A stretch of DNA of 64,000 nucleotides. Source: Octopus bimaculoides (lineage: Eukaryota). The DNA is taken from positions 48,336,540 to 48,400,539 of the forward strand of contig NC_068982.1 of assembly GCF_001194135.2 (NCBI RefSeq). The letters are read 5' to 3'. The notes beneath the pieces are model-generated. The model was not told the origin of the DNA. It did no database searches and saw nothing but the letters and a program-made list of their open reading frames with translations. The stretch's first letter is position 1, and the number at the start of each line of letters is the position of its first letter. The translations under genes were made by a program, and so were the position numbers. Positions 51,895-64,000 of this stretch are shown one piece after another.

Positions 51895-52544
51895 ATATAT
51901 ATGAGGGAGAAATGTATGTATGAGTCACTGCCTCCCACCTAATATAATAAACCCCTCACTTTATGTTTAGAAATTAAGATGTGCCTGTTCTGTCACGTTC
52001 TTATTTTTTACACTTTTGGATAGATATAACATTTCAAAATGACAAACAAGTGTAGTAATGCAGAAGAGATACATGACTACTCCAGTTGGAAAAGAGAGAG
52101 AGAGAGAGCAGAAGAGAAGTCTATTTTAATATTTGTAAATTGCTTGCTTTTCAGTGAATTAGAGCAATTGGCATATTAACTAGTTTGTAAAGAGTTAAGC
52201 TTTTTCTGCAAAGTAAACAGATTGGAGTTTAGTCTACAGCTGTAATTTTAATTTACATATTTGATTGATGCCGTTTGGAACTATCAAATCTAAATCTTCA
52301 GCATTCGATGATTTTAGGCTTGGCTCTTAGTAGAGTTTAATAACTTGTGTCAGTATATGAGCAGACATTATACATATATGACAATCCATGTCGATAATGA
52401 TGGCCTAACTCCAAATAGTATAATCATGTTTCATATAGATACATTTTCAACGAGGTCAAACAGTCATCATCATCTTTGCATTTTAATATAAAGCACTTGG
52501 GCACACATGTGTGTGTGTGTGTGCATGCACACACACACACATCT

Positions 52545-52965
52545 TTTGCTTTACTTGTTTCAGTCATTTGACTGTAGCCATGCTGGAGCACTGCCTTGAA
52601 GGATTTTAACTGAACAAATCGATCCTAGGACTTACTTCATATATATATATATTTCTCAAAGCCTACTACTTATTCTATCAGTCACTTTTGCTGAACCACA
52701 AAGTTATGGGGATGTAAACACACCAACACCAGTTATCAAATGGTGACCATGGGGGTGACAAACACAGACACAAAACACACACAAATATATACATACATAT
52801 ATATATGATAGGCTTCTTTCAGTTTCCTCCTACTAAATCCACTCACAAGGCCCTGATCGGCTTGAGGCTATAGTAGAAGACACTTGCCCAAGTTTCTATG
52901 CAGTGGGACTGTACCCAGAACCATGTGGTTGGGAAGCAAACTTCTTACCACACAGCCACGCCTGG
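52545..52965 (-). mobile_element. tRNA-derived SINE, family A
   Basis: Full-length reverse-complement homology. Confidence 0.85.
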
Positions 52966-53974
52966 GCTGATATATATTCTTCCCAAAAGATATGCACACA
53001 TAAACAGAGATGTAAGCATTACTTTCACACACGCATATGCACATTCACATGGTACTTTTCGTTAGTGTCAGATGCAACATGAAGCAAAAACTGTAAAGCC
53101 AAGAATTTTTAAATTTTTTTCTTCTTCTTTTCTTTATCTTTCTTTTATTTATTTATTATTTATTTGATATGCTGGTGAAATTTTAGAAGATGAAAGTTTC
53201 ACACCAGGTCAATATCTTTAACTACAAAGTTCACACTCTGAGGGAGATAAATAAAATCTAAAAAAAAAAACATCAATCAATAAATGTATAATATAAAATA
53301 AAAATAAAAAATCTACCCCACATTCTCTTCCTTTGGCGAAACATGTTCTTTAGAAAGACATGTTCCACTGCATGCTTCAGTAAAACAAGATTTAAAAACA
53401 AATATGCACAATGTTAATTTCATGGTTCGAAGAATTCTCGTATAAACTTGAATAAACATTTTCACCAAGCAATCCAGTATCTGAATTTGTACAACTATCT
53501 AACCAATTTTGGCACTAAAAATGAATATAAAAATGTTAAATAAATAAATAAATGTTAAATGAACTTGAAAATGCTAATAAGTTTATAATTTTTTTCAACT
53601 ATTACCCTCATGAGCAGAGATGAGTATTTTTTTTTTCTTCTTTTCTTCACTATTTACATCATCTATGTGGTTTCGATTGGTTTGATAGCTGTTCATTATT
53701 TAGCGCAGTTGTTTTCATCATCATCATCATCGTCATTACTTAATGCTCATTTTTTCCATGCTTATATGGGCTGGACAAAGTTTACTTGTGGTAGATTTTT
53801 TGGCAGCCAGATGCTCTTCCTGTCATCAACTCTCACCTGTTTTCAAGCAAGGCAATATTTCCCCACATGGCCAGACATGTTCTCACAGAATATTGGAAAT
53901 GAACGACACTGCTTCTGCGACAGTGACATTGATTCACAATTATCATGTGATGTCAAGACAAGGAAACACACACA

Positions 53975-54029
<55 letters not shown>

Positions 54030-54487
54030 NNNNNNNNNNNNNNNNNNNNNNNNNNNNNNNNNNNNNNNNNNNNNNNNNNNNNNNNNNNNNNNNNNNNNNN
54101 NNNNNNNNNNNNNNNNNNNNNNNNNNNNNNNNNNNNNNNNNNNNNNNNNNNNNNNNNNNNNNNNNNNNNNNNNNNNNNNNNNNNNNNNNNNNNNNNNNNN
54201 NNNNNNNNNNNNNNNNNNNNNNNNNNNNNNNNNNNNNNNNNNNNNNNNNNNNNNNNNNNNNNNNNNNNNNNNNNNNNNNNNNNNNNNNNNNNNNNNNNNN
54301 NNNNNNNNNNNNNNNNNNNNNNNNNNNNNNNNNNNNNNNNNNNNNNNNNNNNNNNNNNNNNNNNNNNNNNNNNNNNNNNNNNNNNNNNNNNNNNNNNNNN
54401 NNNNNNNNNNNNNNNNNNNNNNNNNNNNNNNNNNNNNNNNNNNNNNNNNNNNNNNNNNNATATATATATATATATATATATATATAT

Positions 54488-54935
54488 ACGACGGGCTTCT
54501 TTCAGTTTCTATCTACTATATCCACTCACAAAACTGCTGTCAACCCAAGCCTGTAGTAGAAGACACTTGCCCAAGGGGCCATGCAGTGGGACTGAATCCA
54601 GAGCCATGTGGTTGGGAAGCAAGCGTCTTACTACATAACCACATCTGCACCTCCATACAGTCATGCTTATGTCTACACACAGCCCTGCCTGTACCTCCAC
54701 ACAACCATGCCTACATATATTCTTTTTCTTTTCTTCTCTAGGCACAAGGCCTGAAATTTTTGGGGAGAGGTCCAATCGATTAGATTGACCTCAGTACATG
54801 ACTGGTACTTAATTTATCAACTCCAAAAGGATGAAAAGCAAAGTCAACCACAGTGGAATTTGAACTCAGAACGTAAAGACTAACTACTGCTAAGCATTTC
54901 GCCCAGCATGCTAACATTTCTGCCAGCTTACTGCC
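54488..54935 (-). mobile_element. Family A SINE 5' half (54488-54660) followed by a family C SINE (54740-54935)
   Basis: Homology to the respective families. Confidence 0.75.
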
Positions 54936-55919
54936 CTACACACATACATATATTCTGGAAGCAGGCATATTGGAGTGATAAAGAAGTTTGCTTTACAATA
55001 ATGAGGTCCTATCTGCATCTCACTGTAAGTACCTTTTACCTGAGTCTCAGATCATGAGTAAATTTGGGTAGAAACTGGATGAATACCTGTTAGGCTGTAC
55101 CCATAATTTAGAGATCCAATGTATTAATTTAATGAATAGGCTATGCAATTAATTTGATGACTGTTGAATTCTCATCACTGAAACTTTGGAGAAACTCTCT
55201 TCATCATTATACATGTATTATATAAATATCTAATTGCTTGTATTAAATATTATGCTATTTTTATATTGTGGAATGCCTTTGTTAATATTGTCTGTTAAAA
55301 TCCTAGTTGAGATGGAGGTAAACAACAATTTACAGTTTGTTTATTTGATTGAATAATAGAGTATATGAGATATGTGTAAGACAAGTGAATGCCAGGCAAT
55401 GAATTCAGTAGATTTAATTGTAAAGAAAAATTATCTATTGTTTGGGTAATATTAATATAGAGACACACAAGTTGATTGTACGAGGGTAGGTTGAAAACTC
55501 TTAGGCTGACTATAGAGTAATGCTAGAGCTGTGAAATCTTGCACACAATAATTTTAACTCTTCTTATTAATAATTACATGCACTTCATTACTTGTAGTTT
55601 TTAAGTGATGCTACCCAACTAGAAGGTGGGTAGGTTAATATTCTCTCAGAATGGAATGCCAGGCTGTCACAGGGCTACCCATTTACAGCTGGAGCAATGA
55701 GAAATTAAGTGTTTTGCACCCCTGGTCAGGGAACTGAAACCACAATCTTGCTCCATAAAAAAATGCTAATTTCTCAAAATAAATGGAACATATGGAAGTG
55801 GAAGACCCTGGGAGACATGAGATAAAGTACTGAAAAAGAACTTCAGGACACTGAACCTTTCAGGTGAGATGACAAATGACAGAGATGCTTGATGCCTCAC
55901 TTTACTCAGGAAGACCCGT

Positions 55920-56240
55920 ACTCTGCAGAAAAAGCATTAAGATGGGCCCCTCTGGTGGTGTATAGCACTCATGGTGGTTCCACGTAAAGTGCCCGTGCAG
56001 TGCTATGTAAAAGTGCCCATGTAATGCCATGTAAAAGCACCCACTTGGTGTCACATAAAAACACCCATGCAGTGCCACGTAAAAGTGCCTGTGATACCAC
56101 ATAGAAGAGCCCAGCACACTCTGTAAAGCGGTTGGTGTTTGGAAGGGAATCCAGCCATAGAAACCATGCCAAACCAGACTGGAGTCTGGTACAGCTCCCC
56201 AGTTTGCCAGCTAATCAAACCATCCAACCGATGTGACTGT
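55920..56240 (+). mobile_element. RTE-type 3'-end repeat with about 7 short tandem units
   Basis: Repeated GTGCCAYGTAAAAG(T/C)GCC units, then the common family tail. Confidence 0.75.
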
Positions 56241-56415
56241 AAGTGCAACACCCTAACCACTAGACTATGCACCTTCATCAACAAATATATTCCTAAAATA
56301 TTCCTAAAAGGAACATCAATGTGTTTGCTCTACTTGTTATTAATAGCAATTAACTCTCCCTCAAATCACATCCTAATTAATCCCTCAAAATCCTGTAGAG
56401 TCATGGGGGTACTAC

Positions 56416-56480
56416 CATGTCTTAAGCATCTTGTAGCATGTCTTAAGCATCTTGTAGCATGTCTTAAGCATCTTGAAGCA
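56416..56480. repeat. 21-bp minisatellite x3
   Basis: (CATGTCTTAAGCATCTTGTAG)x3, with one mismatch in the third unit. Confidence 0.95.
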
Positions 56481-57729
56481 AAGATGAAAAGAGAGGAAAA
56501 AGAATCAACCTTATTGACTGGTACTGTCTTTATTGACCATGAAAAGATATAAAGCCAAGTTGACTTCAGAGGGATTTGAATTCAGACTACAAACAACTGG
56601 AATGATAACCACAACTTACTGCTTACTTTGCCAGCTGCATCCTAAACATGCTATTCAGCTGATTGGCAATTATTAGATTACTAGCATGATATAACTGATT
56701 CACAAACAGACTGTTTCTTTTCTTTGGCTCTTATAAGGATACTATTACAATCACTATTTCCCTCAAGTTAGTGCTGCCATTCTCCTCTAAGCACAAGTTC
56801 TTTAATGCAACTATCTAACTCTTCCTCTTACCAATCTTATTGTCGTCACCTCCCTTGAGATCATAAACATTTTACCAAGTTTTCCATCATAGACTTATAG
56901 TCCTCTGAACTTCCAGACACAATTTTTCTTCAGCATCATACACAGATATTCAAACTGAACACAACCTCATCAATCTTACAAGACTGAGAAAGCATACAAA
57001 AGTCACAGCTACTGCTTTCTTACTAATAAAAAGAACAAAAATCCAAAAGAAACTGAATCATAAACATTAAAAAATATTACGAAGATGTACATAATTTGTT
57101 TCGTCTACATAATTTTGTAATAATCTTGTGTTAATTAATTTTCAAGTAATTAATTATGTATCAATAGCACTTAGGGCATTCCAATAAAAATATAATTAGG
57201 CTCCACATTTCTTAAATACTGTTTGGTCATCTAGCATTTAATATTGCTGTTTTAGGAAAAAGACATTTCCTGGCTTTTGTTGTTGCTATTTTTTGGTTGA
57301 ATTTTAGTTTATTGATTTTGTTTTCTATATTTCAGGTTTTTTTTCCCTTTCCTATATAAAAAAAAAACGATATTTTGTAAAACAACATTAGAAATACTTC
57401 ATGACATGGAAAAAAAATCCCTTTAACATCTAGGCATCAAATAAGTTGCTGATTTATCATAAAAAAAAAGAATCACTAATTATTTTATAATTTTGTAGTA
57501 TTTTTTGGAAAGTTCTATTGCTAACCATTTGACATCTCTAATTTCCTGGCAGTTTCTTAGCATACCAAATTTAAAATTATATGAATATTTCTTCAACTAG
57601 GCAATTAACTAAAAGTCCAAGTTTTCTGACCCATCATACATGCAATTTAAAGAAAAAACAACTTGCAGAACAATATTATACAATATGTTATGTTGGAATT
57701 ATTTTCTGAAGTAATATATTAGTTTCTAA

Positions 57730-58310
57730 TTTTGGCACAAGGCCAGATATTTAGGGGGTGGGGCTAAGTCGATTAGACTGACCACAGTGCTCAACTGGTA
57801 CTTATTTTATTGACTCCAAAAGGATGAAAAGCAAAGTCGTCCTCACCCCACAGCAGCATTTGAATTCAGGATGTAAAGACAGATGAAATACCACTAGGCA
57901 CTTTGCCCAGCATGCTAATGATTCTGCCAGCTTGCTGCCTTATTTCTAAGATATATTACAAAAGGAGCAAGATGGTCAGCTAGCAGAATCGTTAGTATGT
58001 TGGACAAAATACTGCTAAGCATTTTGTCCATCCTTACATTCTGAGGTCAATTTGCCTTTCATCATTCCAGGGTTGATGAAATAAATACCAGTTAAGAACT
58101 GGGGTCAATGAAATCAACAAGCTCCCTCCCACAAAATTTCAGGCCTTGTGCCTATAGAAGAATAGAAGAGTATATTACAAGAGGAGATCCTGTTCACTAC
58201 TATTACTACAGTAATATTTCTAAATAAGGTACAAAGCCAGAAGTTTGTGGGGAGAAGTAAGTTGATTACAAAGACTTCAGTATATAATTGGTGCTATATT
58301 TTATCAACTG
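57730..58310. mobile_element. Cluster of family C SINEs in alternating orientation (- 57730-57945, + 57975-58160, - 58225-58310)
   Basis: Homology to 44116-44335 in both orientations. Confidence 0.75.
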
Positions 58311-59671
58311 GAAATGAACAACATCTCTTGTTTGACAGCTGTACTTGTTTACAATCATTACAATCATTAAACGATACAAGATAAGATGTCCTTCTGTCTT
58401 TAAGATGGTAGAATGTGATTTGAGGATGGTTGAGCAGCAAAATAGAAACCTTGTCAGATGCACGTATGTATGAGATAAGTGAAGTATATAATGTATGAAT
58501 ATTAAGATCAGTGGGCAACAGCTTTCTCCAGTTGAACAACAATGAATACATATGAAGAAGAAATGACATGTTTCATTGGCATTGAAATTGAAGTTTGAGC
58601 CTATCTTGTCTAATGGGCAGAGTTAAAGAAATTTTATGAAGGAACTGACAAATATAATGCTGTGTGTTGAAGATAAACAGAAAAATATTCAAGACAGGAG
58701 TGAGCACTGGTTGGTTTGTTTTTGTTGTTTAGCCTCAAGTCAATTCCGATAGGGATGACCTCTTGTCAAAAGACATCCTAATTCTGACCATCCAAAGTAC
58801 AGTGCACACATGACAACATTATCCAAAGTATCATTTTTCAAGACGGTAGAGTGTGTTTTCATATATATTTCACTCTATTTCTAGCAAGTTCAGCCATCAT
58901 GTAGAAAACCTCTCTCTTTCTCTCTCCCTCTCATTGGTCAGTATGTTTGTTTTTGTTATTGTTATTTAGCAGTAAGTCACCTCTGAATAGGCTTATGCTC
59001 AAGAGCATTCCACCTATGATCAATCCATCTTTTTCCAATGGACAAGGAATTCAAGACTGTACTACCAAATGGATAAGGAGTGTAATTTGAGGAATATTTG
59101 GCTATTATTTCTAGCACTTTAAGCAACTATGAAGCTGTCTCACTAGTCAGTATGTTTCTGGTATAAAAAAAAATGGAAAGGTGGCTCCTGTAGATAACTA
59201 TAGATATATGAAGGAAGTTGATAGATACATTTGAGATAATGAAGGTGAATTCTAATATAGAGTACAGCTTACAAACGAGATAAATAGGATGAGTTTCGTT
59301 TTCTGGGCCAAACGTTACTTCCGTATTAAACAATGGTTATCTATTTACAAAGTCCAGATATGGCCTACACCAAAGATTAGAGCTCACATATCTTAAACAG
59401 TGTATTTACTACATTAAGTTCACACATATACACACATAAACCAATTAGAGAGCCTTTACGTGGTCATGTAACATATCAGAAATAGTATCCAACTTTCCCT
59501 CCAATTACAAAAATCTCTCTCAAAAATCATACACTTTTTTTCTCTAATCTTATGCCATGCTCACAGGCATCATCAGTCAGCAATCTCCATGCACTCCTTT
59601 AGAGTCTGAAAATTCATAAATTTTCTTGCAAAAGATAAAGCAGTGGTTTCCTATTACATTCAGTCAGTTAA

Positions 59672-59894
59672 CTCTTTAGCATTTAAACTGGCCATATCTG
59701 GCCCAAATATTATGCCCTATTTTAATATTCAAACCAGCCAAATCTGCCCTCTCACACCTACACTACAATACCAGTCTAAAAATGAACAATCACATCACTG
59801 AAATCTCAAAGCTATTTGTTAATGCATGAATAATTAAAAACAATGTGAATAAATAAGCATTACATTTGACAGAATAATCTGAATGCTAAAAAGG
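59672..59894. mobile_element. piggyBac-like MITE
   Basis: TTAA|CTCTTTAGCATTT...GAATGCTAAAAAGG|TTAA (TTAA at 59668-59671 and 59895-59898). Confidence 0.82.
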
Positions 59895-60764
59895 TTAATT
59901 TACAGTTTATTCTGTTAGTATCTTGCTGTCATAACCTTCATGGGACATCTGGGCTAATTGACCAGCCCATGTGATACAAGCTGGAAAGAGTTTGAGGCTG
60001 ATCCATCAGCCCAATGAAACAGACATTTTGAAGTGTAAAAGCCAATCATAGATTGTCTTTCAATAGATATAATATAAAACTATATAAGATATATATAGTT
60101 TTACATACTAATACAATTTTGGGCACTTTATCCTTTGCTTTTTACATACACCCATCATTTTCAATCCCTCCAGAAAAAAAACATTTTGGTCTTTTTGGTT
60201 ACCAAAACATTGTCTCAAAAAGGTTAAGCTAAACTTTATGACACAAGACCTAAGTAACCCTTAGACAAGAGGACTGGTTCACATTACATCAGAGCATATC
60301 CATGCATGGTGGACCTATGTGATACATGTCTAGTGGGTCAGCCCTTCTCTAAGTCCTATATGCCTTAGCTACAGAACTATCTTCTGCTACTTGGCTCCTT
60401 ATAGAGGTCCCTAATTGATACTATCGTGCCAGATCAGAACAGGCCTAGGAAACTAAGGGGTAACTCCATACTTCCTAAAACATTTGAATTCCCAGGCTGG
60501 AGCCTCACTACCAAAAGCAGTTTAATGTTGCACTCTGCTATCTTGAAAAAGGTCATGTTGGAATGTGTAACCTTGGGTGTCTTGTATGTAAGGAAAAGAT
60601 GGAATACCTTAGAATTAACCAATTCTATATACCTTACAACTAATAGGTTGGCTATTATATTGGTAAAGTAGAAAAATCTTAATTATAATTATGGTAAAAT
60701 AAATTGTTTTGATTTAAAGAAAATGAGGTATAATATTAAAATGAATACTGTGGTATTTAACACA

Positions 60765-61000
60765 TCATCATCATCGTTTAACGTCCGCTTTCCATGCTAG
60801 CATGGGTTGGACGATTTGACTGAGGACTGGTGAAACCAGATGGCTACACCAGGCTCCAATCTGATTTGGCAGAGTTTCTACAGCTGGATGCCCTTCCGAA
60901 TGCCAATCACTCAGAGAGTGTAGTGGGTGCTTTTATGTGTCACCCGCACAAAGGCCAGTCAGGCAGTACTGGCAACAGCCACGCTCAAAATGGTGTATTA
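60765..61000 (-). mobile_element. RTE-type 3'-end repeat
   Basis: Near-identical to 5612-5830 and 20665-20860. Confidence 0.8.
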
Positions 61001-61024
61001 TATTAATTAATGTTATATATATCT

Positions 61025-61230
61025 TTTTTCTTTTACTTATATCAGTCATTGGACTGCAGCCATGCTGGAGCACTGGAAAGGTTTTTAATCAAACAAATTA
61101 ATTTCAGTCTGGTACTCATTCTATAGTTATTTTTTGCTGAACCTTTAAGTTATGGGGATATAAACATACCAACATTGGTTGTCAAGCAATTGAGGGACAG
61201 ACACAAACACACAAACATACAAACACACAT

Positions 61231-61271
<41 letters not shown>

Positions 61272-61410
61272 GGGCTTCTTTCAGTTTCCATCGACTAAAT
61301 CCATTCACAAGGCTTTGGTCAGTTTTGCCCAAGGTGTCATGCAGTAGGATTGAACATGAAATCATTTGATTGGAAAGCAAATCCCTTATCACACAATCAT
61401 ACCTGTGCTT
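61025..61410 (-). mobile_element. tRNA-derived SINE, family A
   Basis: Reverse-complement homology with a central (CA)n. Confidence 0.8.
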
Positions 61411-62561
61411 ATATATGTGTGTGAATGTGTGTGTGAGTGTGCACGTGTGGAGTTAAGTTTGTAGCCATACTTCACATATATTAAACAATACACATAGCTT
61501 TCATCCAATAATCATTTCTGTGCCACACCTTACAGAACTGTATCTGATTGGAAATCTATGACACATAGTATAGGGTATAACTGTCAATAAATCAGACAGA
61601 TAATAGAGGTTGGGTTTCATTTTCTAAGTCAAACATTAATTACTTCTGTACTAATAGTGGTTATCTGTTTCCAAAGTCCAAATATGGGCCTATTCCATTC
61701 AAATACCAATCTTCAAACATATGATGAACAGAACATTAATATAAACTTCTCAAATCTTACAAAATTATTTGTATTTCCCTGTTGTTGTTGAACCTGAAAT
61801 CAACCCTGACTGACCAGATCTATGATCAAAGGTGTCACATCTCTGACCATGACCATTCCATCATCTTTTGTTTATCAAAGACTACATAAACTCTTTTGTT
61901 ATAAAATTTCATTTGAAATATACTTGTCTTGTTTCAGTTAATTTTGAAAATAAAGAAACATTTTGAAAAATACTTTGTTTCTTATTAATCCAGTGTTTGG
62001 AACACAAATTAACATGAAATTTCAATGGAAGGTTTTAATTTAAATCACTTTAAAACAGAAAGTTTATATCATACAACTAGGGAGTGATCTCAAGCAGGTT
62101 GGTGTCAAAAAGGATGAGAATATGTTGTTGCTTTTCCAAAACACTAGAATATGATTTGAGAGAGATTTAACTACTATTTTTAGTATGTTAAGTGACCATG
62201 TAGTGGCTTCCTCATTGGCATGTGACCTTGAAGTATATCTGGATGGAAAAAGACTATGAACATTATATCTTATATTCACGATAATATATTTTTTTATTTG
62301 TTTCAGCCATTAGACAGTGGCCATGCTGGAGCACCACCTTGAAGAACTTTTAGTTGAATGAATTGACCCCAGTACCTATATTTTGTTAAGCCTGGCACCT
62401 ATTCTATTGGTCTCTTTTTGCCAAACTGCTAAGTTACGAGGATGTAAACACACCAATATTGGTCATCATGTGGCAGTGAGTTACAAATACAGANNNNNNN
62501 NNNNNNNNNNNNNNNNNNNNNNNNNNNNNNNNNNNNNNNNNNNNNNNNNNNNNNNNNNNNN

Positions 62562-62595
<34 letters not shown>

Positions 62596-62602
<7 letters not shown>

Positions 62603-63740
62603 GTGGCGACTGAATTGTCGTCTAAATTACACAACTGAAAATAACATTGCCATCTCATTTTAACAGATATATTTATGAAAATTGCATAAAATATCTTGAA
62701 ATACTAAAGAGTAAATTTATTCAATAAGACTGCAATTGGCTTCAGCCATGGCCTCCAGATGACTTTGGAATGGTCTTCTGGATGGTCTCCTTGTTTAAGT
62801 TGGTGAATCCTGCCATAATACTTTCTTTCAGTTCATTTTTGGTGTTACAAGGAGTTTTATTGGTCTCTCACTTAACTGCACTCTACACATAATAGTTAAG
62901 AGAGTTGCAGTCTGGGGAGATGTGGTCGCAGAAATTGTCTGACAGACATGACTGGGTTCTCCTGCTTGTGTTGCATGGTGCAGAGTCCTGTTGTCATAGA
63001 TTGGGTCTTCCAGCAGCCACAATCTTGACCCAGGGCTGCACTACCTCCTCCAGGCACTTGACGTAGGCCTCTGTATTGATTCTGAGGCTGTATGGGAAGA
63101 CAAATGGAGACATAACATCGCCATCACTAGTGATCACTCCGTTTCATTTTTATCACTCTTGGTACATGTTTTGGGGACATGGAAAGCCAACGGTTGTTCT
63201 GTGTGTTCACCACCAGATCCTGGCAGAAATTTTTCTTGTCTGAGAAAAACCAAAGCATGTTCGGTTGGAGGGGATACTTGAGTTTGTTCAAAAGCTTCGT
63301 AGTGCGGTCTTCACTCTTTTCCTTGATAGCTTGGGATAAAAAATAGCCCTTTCTCATCTTGTGTGAGGAATACTGAATGTCTTCATGCACTACCTGCCTG
63401 ATAAGAATCTCAAACACTCCCATGTCCCTGGTAAGGGACCTGATTGACTTGGAAGGATCGTTGTCAATCATGTCCTGGATCCCACAAACAAATTCAGGGG
63501 TTCTTTTCTTATCAAAACCATCAGAGTGAGTTTTCCAAGCTGCAGGACCTTCGTCATCACCATTAGACTCATCCATCTGTTTCCGAATCCTCTGCACTGT
63601 CCTCAAATCGACACCCAAATACTCTGAAATGTTCGTTTTGGAGCTTCCAGCATGAATTCCAAGCAGTACAGCTTGTTGTTTCCAAATTTCTGGCAGAGAG
63701 AATTGTGTCATGGTGCTGTTTTTCTCACTGACCCTACTTT
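62596..63740 (-). mobile_element. Tc1/mariner (maT/DD37D-like) transposase pseudogene, 5'-truncated
   Basis: ORF 63127-63711 has an HTH-like N-terminus and WFFSDKKNF. After frameshifts come *QQDSAPCN...SPDCNSLNYYV*. Decayed terminus near 62596. Confidence 0.88.
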
Positions 63741-63741
63741 A

Positions 63742-63997
63742 TATTATTTACATTATTTACATTTGATGGATATTTGTTCTCATCTTGTTTGTTGTTAATT
63801 CAGTGTTTCAGCTGATACACCCTCCAACCTTCATCAGGTAGCTTGAGGAAATTTCAAACCTGGGTTCTCACTCCTAAGGTATTTTTCGATGTTGTTGTTG
63901 TTATTATTATTATTATTATTATTTAGGTCACTGCCTGGAATCGAACTCGGAATCTTGGTTTTAGTAGCCCACACTTTTAACCACTACGCCACGGACA
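63742..63997 (-). mobile_element. tRNA-headed SINE carrying a hammerhead-like core and an (AATGTAAAT)n tail
   Basis: A box TGGCGTAGTGG, B box GAGTTCGATTCC, (AAT)n, then CTGATGA-AGGTTG-GAGGGTGTAT-CAGCT-GAAAC at 63837-63805, then the tail repeat. Confidence 0.8.
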
Positions 63998-64000
63998 TAT

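Noticed and set aside
187-54775. Most ORF-track entries (poly-YI, VC, HT, SL, I/L runs and ORFs crossing N gaps, e.g. 53610-54638)
   Set aside because: They are translations of microsatellites, SINEs or assembly gaps, with no protein-family motifs.
55960-56100. CRISPR-like short repeat array
   Set aside because: Eukaryotic context; units are contiguous degenerate tandem repeats of the RTE-type 3' end with no unique spacers and no cas genes.
63920-63997. tRNA gene
   Set aside because: Has A/B boxes but no convincing acceptor stem, and it continues into a SINE body. It is treated as a SINE head, as are the heads at 13660 and 32933.
48376-64000. Search for upstream ectodomain exons of the PTP (candidates near 50500, 52290 and 59270-59340)
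   Set aside because: Each candidate lacks a good donor or acceptor or has an in-frame stop. The upstream exon is probably outside the window or was missed.

Overview
AT-rich, microsatellite- and repeat-dense eukaryotic DNA with eight N gaps. The SINE/LINE families look like those of an octopus-type cephalopod (inferred from family recognition, not searched). Almost the whole window is intronic to one minus-strand gene, a single-pass receptor-type protein tyrosine phosphatase most like the PTPRR/PTPN5 class. Six GT-AG exons were reconstructed by hand: 48375-48253, 46763-46608, 40057-39977, 30016-29935, 20351-20275 and 1805-1668. They join in frame (657 nt, 219 aa) from the transmembrane helix to PTP motifs KNRY, RVKL, DYINA, IATQ and DFWRMVW. 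Ectodomain exons and the catalytic HCSAG exon were not found and probably lie outside the window. Introns hold several tRNA-derived SINE families, RTE LINE pieces, a Penelope-like GIY-YIG relic, an RLE-type (HERO-like) relic, two Tc1/mariner relics and hAT, mariner and piggyBac MITEs. The main leads are (1) a CpG-rich intronic candidate alternative first exon ending ATG|GTAAGT, which would give a cytosolic phosphatase isoform; (2) a 1.4-kb foldback whose spacer is copied from 1.3 kb away; (3) hammerhead-ribozyme-like cores in several non-autonomous repeats, including a tRNA-headed SINE; and (4) an in-frame permuted RTE junction. Most ORF-track entries are microsatellite or repeat artefacts. 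Repeat boundaries are approximate unless a target-site duplication (TSD) is quoted.
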